Of a stretch of DNA of 11,523 nucleotides, positions 5,400-11,523 are shown piece after piece. Position 1 is the first letter of the stretch. Each line of letters opens with the position of its first letter. The notes beneath the pieces were generated by a model. It was not told the origin of the DNA. It saw only the letters and a program-made list of their open reading frames with translations, and made no database searches. This stretch comes from an uncultured archaeon (lineage in GTDB: Archaea > Aenigmatarchaeota > Aenigmatarchaeia > GW2011-AR5): the NCBI GenBank assembly GCA_964373695.1, contig CAYJVT010000025.1, positions 1-11,523 on the forward strand, read 5' to 3'. The translations under genes were made by a program, and so were the position numbers.

Positions 5400-7871
5400 A
5401 TGACAAACATAAAATCGATAGGCTTCGGGTTCCTGTCGCCCAAGGTAATAAAGGAGATGTCCATGGTGAAGATAGAGCACGCGGAGCTCTACGACCCCGA
5501 CGGCTATCCGATAGACAACGGGCTGGCGGACCTCCACCTGGGCGTGGTGGACCCGGGGCTGAGATGCAGGACATGCGGCGGCACCATCGGCCAGTGCCTT
5601 GGCCATTTCGGGTACCTGGAGCTCGTGAAGCCGGTCGCCCACCCGCTGTACGGGAAGAAAATCTATCTTATACTCATGTCGACATGCAGGGAGTGCTCGA
5701 GACCCCTCGTGAACGAGGAAGAGCTGAAGAAGATGAGCAACCCACTGGCCATGATATACAAGAAAAGGAAGATGACATGCCCCCACTGCAAGGCCAAGCA
5801 GAAGGAGATGGAGTACCAGAAGCCCACGTCCTTCAGGGAGGGCAAGAACGAGCTTACGAGCGAGGAAGTCAGGCAGCGCCTAGAGAAGATAAGCGACGAT
5901 GACGTGAAGCTCATGAAGATAAAGGGCGGCAGGCCGGAATGGTTCGTGCTGACAATACTCCCGATACCGCCGGTGACAGTAAGGCCGTCAATAACGCTTG
6001 AGACCGGGGAGCGCAGCGAGGACGACCTCACGCACAAGCTCGTGGACATAGTCAGGATAAACGAGAGGCTGAGGAAGAACCTTGAGATAGGGGCTCCTGA
6101 TTTCATAATAGCGGACATATGGGAACTCCTCCAGTACCACGTGTCAACGCTCATGAGCAACGAGATATCGACTTTGCCGCCGGCAAGGCACAGGTCCGGC
6201 CGCGCACTAAAGACGCTCATGCAGAGGCTGAGCAAGAAGGAAGGCAGGTTCCGGGGCAACCTCTCGGGCAAGAGGGTGAACTTCGCGGCGCGTACCGTCA
6301 TAACGCCGGACTCTCAGATATCAATCAACGAGATAGGGGTTCCGCTCGAAATCGCGAAGGAGCTCACCATACTCGAAAAGGTGAACAAGAGCAACATTGA
6401 GCTCATGAAAACGCTCATACTGAACGGAAGCGCCGCATATCCCGGCGCGAACTACATCGTCAGGATGGACAATGTCAGGAAGAAGATAACCGACGAGAAC
6501 AAGAAGGAAGTATCCAACGAGATAGACGTCGGGTACATGGTCGAGAGGCATCTCAAGGACGGCGACATAGTCGTGATGAACAGGCAGCCTTCCCTGCACA
6601 GGATGAGCATGATGGCCCACCGCGTCAGGGTCATGCCGTTCAGGACGCTCCGCCTCAACCTGACGGTGACGATACCATACAATGCCGACTTCGACGGGGA
6701 CGAGATGAACATACACGTCCCGCAGACAGTGGAAGCCCAGACCGAGGCGAGGATGCTCATGAGCGTCGAGAAGCATATAAGGTCGCCGAGATACGGCCTC
6801 CCTGTCATAGCCGGAAAGCACGACCACATAACCGGCGCCTACCTCCTCACGAAGGACGACGCCAAGTTCACGAAGCAGGAAGCCGCGGACCTCCTGTTCT
6901 CGATAGGCATGGAGGACTTCGAGGCGAAGGAGGAGTACACAGGCAAGGAGATATTTAGCATGATACTCCCGAAGGAGCTCAGCGTGGAATACAAGTCGGC
7001 GTCAGGCGAGGAAGTCATAATAAAGAACGGCGTCCTGAAGAAGGGCGTCATAGACGACAGGTCTCTAGGCGAGAAGAAAGGGAAGCTCATAGACGTCATA
7101 GAGAGGAAATACGATCACGAGACCACGAGGAAGTTCATCGACAACGTATCGAGGCTGGCGCTGGAAGTGATAACGCGCAAGGGATTCAGCATATCCATCA
7201 GCGACGTGGACATAAGCCATAAGGCGTCCAAGAGGATAGAGAAGATACTCGAGGAATATGAGGAGACGGTGAACAAGCTCATAAAGGACTACAACGCGGG
7301 GCGAACGGAGAAGGTGCCGGGCATGACGCCCGAGATGGTCCTTGAGAACAGGATACTCCAGATGGGCGGAGGAGCCTCCAACCAAGCGAACGAGATAATA
7401 AAAGGCGACCTGCCGTGGAACTCTGCCGTCATCATGGCCAGGACGGGAGCGAGAGGAAGCTTCGTCAACCTGACGCAGATGTGCGGATTCGTCGGCCAGG
7501 AAACGCTGGGTGGAGAGAGGATAAACAGGGGATACGTGAACAGGACTCTTTCGTCGTTCAGGCCCGGGGAGATGAGCCTCAAGGCGAAGGGCTTCGTCGG
7601 CCGCGGATACAAAGTCGGCCTCGACCCTTTCGAGTTCTTCTTTGACGCCATGAACTCCAGGGAGAACCTCATGGACAAGTCGCTGCACACGAGGCACTCC
7701 GGATACATGGAGAGGCGCCTCGTCTCCGCACTGCAGGACCTCAGGGTGGAATACGACGGCACGGTGCGCGACAGCAAGAACCACATAATCCAGTTCGTTG
7801 CAGGGGAAGACGGTGTGGACCCGGCCAAGAGCGACGGCGGAAAGATCAACATGGAGAGGGTTCTGGGATGA
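5400..7871 (+). CDS. rpoA1: DNA-directed RNA polymerase subunit A' (Rpo1N), 823 aa; start moved from the ORF-track 5010 to ATG 5400
   Basis: CRTC...CLGHFG zinc site, GNLSGKRVNF, NRQPSLH and catalytic YNADFDGDEMN. MTNIKSIGFGFLSP follows the rpoB stop, with GAGTGA as SD. Confidence 0.97.
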   Translation: MTNIKSIGFGFLSPKVIKEMSMVKIEHAELYDPDGYPIDNGLADLHLGVVDPGLRCRTCGGTIGQCLGHFGYLELVKPVAHPLYGKKIYLILMSTCRECSRPLVNEEELKKMSNPLAMIYKKRKMTCPHCKAKQKEMEYQKPTSFREGKNELTSEEVRQRLEKISDDDVKLMKIKGGRPEWFVLTILPIPPVTVRPSITLETGERSEDDLTHKLVDIVRINERLRKNLEIGAPDFIIADIWELLQYHVSTLMSNEISTLPPARHRSGRALKTLMQRLSKKEGRFRGNLSGKRVNFAARTVITPDSQISINEIGVPLEIAKELTILEKVNKSNIELMKTLILNGSAAYPGANYIVRMDNVRKKITDENKKEVSNEIDVGYMVERHLKDGDIVVMNRQPSLHRMSMMAHRVRVMPFRTLRLNLTVTIPYNADFDGDEMNIHVPQTVEAQTEARMLMSVEKHIRSPRYGLPVIAGKHDHITGAYLLTKDDAKFTKQEAADLLFSIGMEDFEAKEEYTGKEIFSMILPKELSVEYKSASGEEVIIKNGVLKKGVIDDRSLGEKKGKLIDVIERKYDHETTRKFIDNVSRLALEVITRKGFSISISDVDISHKASKRIEKILEEYEETVNKLIKDYNAGRTEKVPGMTPEMVLENRILQMGGGASNQANEIIKGDLPWNSAVIMARTGARGSFVNLTQMCGFVGQETLGGERINRGYVNRTLSSFRPGEMSLKAKGFVGRGYKVGLDPFEFFFDAMNSRENLMDKSLHTRHSGYMERRLVSALQDLRVEYDGTVRDSKNHIIQFVAGEDGVDPAKSDGGKINMERVLG

Positions 7872-9550
7872 TGCTTTCAAAGAAAACCATGGACGATTTC
7901 GAGAAATACTGCAAGGAGAACAAGCTCAGCGACAAGCAGAAGGAGGAGAAACTGGCGCTCCTGCAGAAGCTCGTGATAAAATACATGTACGAGCCCGGCG
8001 AGGCCATCGGCATAATAGCCGCGCAGAGCATCTCAGAACCAGCGACCCAGATGTGCGCCGACTATAATGAAAAAATAATTGTAAAATTCAAAGAAAAAGT
8101 TTATAGTATAACAATAGGAGAGCTTGTAGACAGCGCTATGGATAAAAGTTGCGAAAAATTTAACGGCTATGAAATAAGAAATCTGCCGGGAGGAATTGAG
8201 ATTTTGGTTCCGAGTCTTGATGCTAATGAAAAAATAAGATGGAAAAAAATCACAGCCCTCTGCAGGCATGAAAGCCCCGAATTCCTGCTGGAAGTAAAAA
8301 CAAAATCGGGACGCTGCGTAAGAGCAACAGAATATCATTCATTTGTGACCAAAGTAAACGGTAAAATAATCCCTATTGCAGGCAAAGACCTGAAAATAGG
8401 CGACATGATACCGGCAATAAAAAATATTTCCAAATTATTCATAACAAATACCTTTGCAACCCAAAGTGGTATGCTCTTGTCAAGAAATACATCCGGTTCT
8501 GTTATTATGTGGGATGAAATAACAGAAATAAGGAAAATAAAACCCTCAGCGCCTTATGTTTACGACGTCACAGTGGATGAGAATCATACCTTTACAACTT
8601 CAGAAGGCCTGATTATTCACAACACCATGCGTTCGTACACGATGGCGTCGCAGAGCGACAGGCTGAGCAAGGTCACCCACGGGCTGCCACGGCTGATAGA
8701 GATATTCGACACCAGGAAGAGCTTCGAGAAGAACATGATGATATACCTGAAGCCCGAATGCAACACGAAGGAGAAGGCGAGGGACATAGCGAACATGATA
8801 AAGGAAAGCAGGATTGCCGACATAATAATTTCCGATTCCATAGACCTGGCGGAGAACTCGATAGAGATAGAGCTCGACAACGAGTCCGACAGGGACATCA
8901 CCAAGTCGGTCATAGAAAAGTACATCAAGGAAGCAGAAATAAGCTCCAGAGGCAGGAAGATAATAATAAAGCCCAAGAAGGAGAACATAAAGAACCTCAG
9001 GAAACTCAAGACGAAGGCGATGAGGCTCCACATAAGGGGCATCCAGAGCATAGACAACGTCGTCGTCATAAAGGACAATGAGGACTGGATAATACAGACC
9101 ACCGGGAGCAACCTCAAGAAAGTGTTCCAGATAGACGGGGTCGACATACACAGAACCACGACAAACGACATCTACCAGGTGCTCGAGGTGCTAGGCATAG
9201 AGGCCGCGAGGAACATGATACTCCGCGAGACGCTGAACACGCTGAGCGAGCAGGGGCTGGACGTGGACATCAGGCACATCCTGCTGCTTGCCGACATGAT
9301 GAGCTTCGACGGCACCGTGAAGGACATAGGACGCTACGGCGTTTCCGGCAAGAAGTCGTCAGTCCTGGCGAGGGCCAACTTCGAGGAGACGAAGAAGCAC
9401 CTGATAAACGCTTCGTTCTCCGGCGAGACGGACAAGCTCGACGGCATAATAGAGAACATAATAGTGGGCCAGATAGCACCTGTCGGCACCGGGATGGTCA
9501 AGCTCGGCATAGACATGGAAAAGATGAGGCAGATGGCCAGGAAAAAATAA
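7868..9550 (+). CDS. rpoA2: DNA-directed RNA polymerase subunit A'' (Rpo1C) precursor with intein; about 370 aa after splicing
   Basis: EPGEAIGIIAAQSISEPATQM, GLPRLIEIFD, LGIEAARN, DIRHILLLADMM, SVLARANFE, ENIIVGQIAPVGTG. ATGA overlap with the rpoA1 stop. Confidence 0.97.
   Translation: MMLSKKTMDDFEKYCKENKLSDKQKEEKLALLQKLVIKYMYEPGEAIGIIAAQSISEPATQMCADYNEKIIVKFKEKVYSITIGELVDSAMDKSCEKFNGYEIRNLPGGIEILVPSLDANEKIRWKKITALCRHESPEFLLEVKTKSGRCVRATEYHSFVTKVNGKIIPIAGKDLKIGDMIPAIKNISKLFITNTFATQSGMLLSRNTSGSVIMWDEITEIRKIKPSAPYVYDVTVDENHTFTTSEGLIIHNTMRSYTMASQSDRLSKVTHGLPRLIEIFDTRKSFEKNMMIYLKPECNTKEKARDIANMIKESRIADIIISDSIDLAENSIEIELDNESDRDITKSVIEKYIKEAEISSRGRKIIIKPKKENIKNLRKLKTKAMRLHIRGIQSIDNVVVIKDNEDWIIQTTGSNLKKVFQIDGVDIHRTTTNDIYQVLEVLGIEAARNMILRETLNTLSEQGLDVDIRHILLLADMMSFDGTVKDIGRYGVSGKKSSVLARANFEETKKHLINASFSGETDKLDGIIENIIVGQIAPVGTGMVKLGIDMEKMRQMARKK
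8054..8623 (+). mobile_element. mini-intein (190 aa, no endonuclease domain) in RpoA''
   Basis: Starts with Cys after TQM and ends with IIHN followed by Thr(+1). Block B TKSGRCVRATEYHSF and block F YVYDVTVDENHTF are present. Removal restores TQM-TMR. Hand-counted 60-nt samples: about 33% GC inside versus about 53% in the flanking extein. Confidence 0.96.
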
Positions 9551-9551
9551 G

Positions 9552-9559
9552 TTTTATAA
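9552..9559 (+). promoter_or_regulatory. internal TATA box upstream of rpl30e
   Basis: TTTTATAA immediately after the rpoA2 stop, preceded by an A-rich BRE-like run. Confidence 0.55.
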
Positions 9560-9676
9560 GATATGAAATACTGATATGAAAGGCGGGGATTGTGAAAAAT
9601 AAAATGGGATACTCATCGGAGATGAGGGGTACTAAATGAATATATGGCGATACGATCTGCCGGAGGCGAAGGGTAT

Positions 9677-9931
9677 ATGGAAACGATAGAAAAGCTACCG
9701 GACGGGAGCCCCGTCATAGGAACAAGGGAAGTAGTGAAGGCCATAAACGGCGGGAAAGTCAGGAAGGTAGTCCTGTCCTCCAACTGCCCGGATTTCCTTC
9801 TGAAGAGGATAAAGGACGCCACGAAATTCAACGAGAGCAGCGTCGAAATAGTCGGATTCACCGGCGACCAGGCCGACCTCGGAACGAAGATAGGGAAGCC
9901 CTTCCCGGTCGCACTAGCCGGCTACCAATAG
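9677..9931 (+). CDS. rpl30e: 50S ribosomal protein L30e (start 9677 preferred; 9644 possible)
   Basis: VIGTREVVKAI...VVLSSNCP...LGTKIGKPFPV pattern and conserved position between rpoA2 and nusA. GGAGG at 9662-9666 precedes ATG 9677. Confidence 0.9.
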   Translation: METIEKLPDGSPVIGTREVVKAINGGKVRKVVLSSNCPDFLLKRIKDATKFNESSVEIVGFTGDQADLGTKIGKPFPVALAGYQ

Positions 9932-9943
9932 CGCAGTGATAAA

Positions 9944-10345
9944 ATGAAAGTGACCCTGGACTCCAATCAGATACAGTCAATAAGCATGTTCCAGAACCTT
10001 ACAAATTCTTCCGTAATGGACTTCGCCGAGGACAACGGCGACATATACTTCGTGGTCGGCGAGGGACAGTACGGCCTCGCGGTTGGCAGGGGCGGCGCGA
10101 AGATAAAGAACGCCGAGCGCGTGTTCAAGAAGAGGATACGGGTGATAGAGTACTCGCCGGACATCGAGCAGTTCATAAGGAACGTGTTCCAGGACGTGCA
10201 GCAGATACGGAGAGACGGCGACACGGTTCAGGTGAGGATAAAGCCAGCCAGCAGGTCGAGAGCAATAGGAAAGAACGGCAGCTACATAAGGATAATCAAC
10301 CATTTCCTGAAGCGTCTGTTCGGCGCCGAAGCCAAGGTCAAGTGA
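9944..10345 (+). CDS. nusA: archaeal NusA-like transcription factor (two KH domains)
   Basis: GLAVGRGG and AIGKNG KH GxxG loops, RVIEYS; conserved synteny. Confidence 0.93.
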   Translation: MKVTLDSNQIQSISMFQNLTNSSVMDFAEDNGDIYFVVGEGQYGLAVGRGGAKIKNAERVFKKRIRVIEYSPDIEQFIRNVFQDVQQIRRDGDTVQVRIKPASRSRAIGKNGSYIRIINHFLKRLFGAEAKVK

Positions 10346-10360
10346 AATTCCCGAAAACAC

Positions 10361-10368
10361 TTTTTATA
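10361..10368 (+). promoter_or_regulatory. TATA box upstream of rps12
   Basis: CCGAAAACAC-TTTTTATA (BRE-like plus TATA); GAGG at 10398-10401 before ATG 10409. Confidence 0.55.
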
Positions 10369-10408
10369 CTTTGTCTTTCATCTTATAGAGAGCAAAAGAG
10401 GCGTAACA

Positions 10409-10834
10409 ATGACAGGAGAATTCGGTGCTAGAAAGCTGAAAAAAGACAGGAAAAGGTTCAGGTGGAAGAAGACCAAGTACAGGACACGTGTCTTGCAACT
10501 GAAGAAGAAGAAGGACCCGATGGAGAACGCCCCCCAGGCCCGCGGAATAGTCCTTGAAAAGAGAATGATAGAGCAGAAACAGCCCCACTCCGGGCTCATA
10601 AAGTGCGTCAGGGTCAGGCTTGTCAAGAACGGCAAGCAGGTGACGGCCTTCGTGCCGAAGACCGGGGCGATAAATCACATTTCTGAGCACGACCAGGTTA
10701 TCGTCGAGGGCATGGGAGGCTCGCAGGGCGGCTCGGTCGGCTCCATGTCCGGATTGAAGTTCAAGGTCTTCAAGGTGAACGACCTCTCCCTTGAAATGGT
10801 GCGGACGGGAAGGAAGCAGAAATCCACAAAGTGA
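10409..10834 (+). CDS. rps12: 30S ribosomal protein S12 (uS12)
   Basis: [34 protein letters not shown]; synteny. Confidence 0.97.
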   Translation: MTGEFGARKLKKDRKRFRWKKTKYRTRVLQLKKKKDPMENAPQARGIVLEKRMIEQKQPHSGLIKCVRVRLVKNGKQVTAFVPKTGAINHISEHDQVIVEGMGGSQGGSVGSMSGLKFKVFKVNDLSLEMVRTGRKQKSTK

Positions 10835-10838
10835 TGCC

Positions 10839-11504
10839 ATGATGAAGGAAAAAAGTCCCGCGAAGAGAACGACAAAGAAGCAGAGCATTCAGAAAAGGGA
10901 AAAGACGAAGTTCACCAACATCAAGATTTTCGGCAGATGGGATTCCAATTTTGAAGTCCTGGACACCGGCATGAAAAACTACATAAACATAGAGCCGCGC
11001 ATGCTGCCGCGCTCCGCAGGCACCCACAGGAACAGGTTTCACAAGTCCAAGATGCACATCGTTGAAAGGCTGGCGCTCCACCTGCTCGTTTCGGGCCACA
11101 TGGGGAAGAAGCACAAGCTGACGTCCGGAAAATTCGGCGGGAGCTTCTCCAATGCGCTTGAGACGGTGGAGAAGGCGCTGGACATACTCGAGAAGAAGGA
11201 AAAGAAGAACCCGGTCGAGATACTCGTCAGGGCCATAGAGAACTCCGCGCTAAGGGAGGAGATAATGACCTACCAGCTCGGCAGCATAGTCGCCAGGGAG
11301 GCCGTCGTCACGGCGCCACAGAGAAGGGTCGACAAGACCCTGAGGTTCTTCGCTCAGGCCGCTTACAGGAGCTCGTTCAACAAGAAGAAGCGCACCCATG
11401 AGGCGCTCGCGGACGAGATATACGCCGCGTACAAGGGCTCTACAGACTCATACGCAGTCAAGGAAAAAGACCGCGTGGAAAGGGAAGCCGGCGGAGCCAG
11501 GTAA
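10839..11504 (+). CDS. rps7: 30S ribosomal protein S7 (uS7); start moved from 10791 to ATG 10839 (10842 possible)
   Basis: KIFGRWD, IVERL, NPVEILVRAIENS..REE, APQRRVD, LADEI, EREA; AGTGA SD overlapping the rps12 stop. Confidence 0.95.
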   Translation: MMKEKSPAKRTTKKQSIQKREKTKFTNIKIFGRWDSNFEVLDTGMKNYINIEPRMLPRSAGTHRNRFHKSKMHIVERLALHLLVSGHMGKKHKLTSGKFGGSFSNALETVEKALDILEKKEKKNPVEILVRAIENSALREEIMTYQLGSIVAREAVVTAPQRRVDKTLRFFAQAAYRSSFNKKKRTHEALADEIYAAYKGSTDSYAVKEKDRVEREAGGAR

Positions 11505-11523
11505 ATGTCAATGACCACCGTCT

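Noticed and set aside
2064-9861. Many long antisense and alternate-frame ORFs in the ORF track over rpoB, rpoA1, rpoA2 and rpl30e
   Set aside because: These are shadows of strong codon bias (few TTA/CTA/TCA codons, so few antisense stops). They have no recognisable motifs and fully overlap conserved genes.
10791-10910. N-terminal extension of uS7
   Set aside because: 10791-10838 overlaps rps12. The remaining Lys-rich leader from 10839 is within ordinary variation for archaeal uS7.
11505-11523. Possible start of the next gene (MSMTTV...)
   Set aside because: Only 19 nt lie in the window, so it cannot be identified. EF-2 often follows rps7, but the sequence does not show it.
1-11523. CRISPR array, rRNA, transposase or integrase
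   Set aside because: No regularly spaced repeats, rRNA-like stretch or recombinase motifs were seen.

Overview
Archaeal core-genome window, most consistent with a DPANN lineage (Aenigmarchaeota-like is only a guess). The plus strand carries the canonical cluster rpoH-rpoB (unsplit)-rpoA'-rpoA''-rpl30e-nusA-rps12-rps7. RpoA'' is interrupted by a 190-aa AT-rich mini-intein at the TQM/T site. The minus strand carries a PAP2 phosphatase, an AT-rich patch (85-aa hypothetical protein plus a truncated LAGLIDADG endonuclease frame that runs into a tRNA) and two tRNA genes that each have two bulge-helix-bulge (BHB) introns: tRNA-Lys(CTT) at 20/21 and 37/38, and tRNA-Asp(GTC) at 5/6 (inside the acceptor stem) and 45/46. 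Two signals stand out. (1) The acceptor-stem intron, whose BHB borrows 5'-leader nucleotides. (2) An RNA polymerase with intact NADFDGD but a trigger loop lacking the near-invariant histidine (TMRSYTMAS instead of TMRTFHYAG), together with a heavily rewritten bridge helix and F-loop. uS12 also has substitutions in both of its decoding-site loops. All homology calls are from motif recognition, not database searches, and reference residue numbers are from memory.
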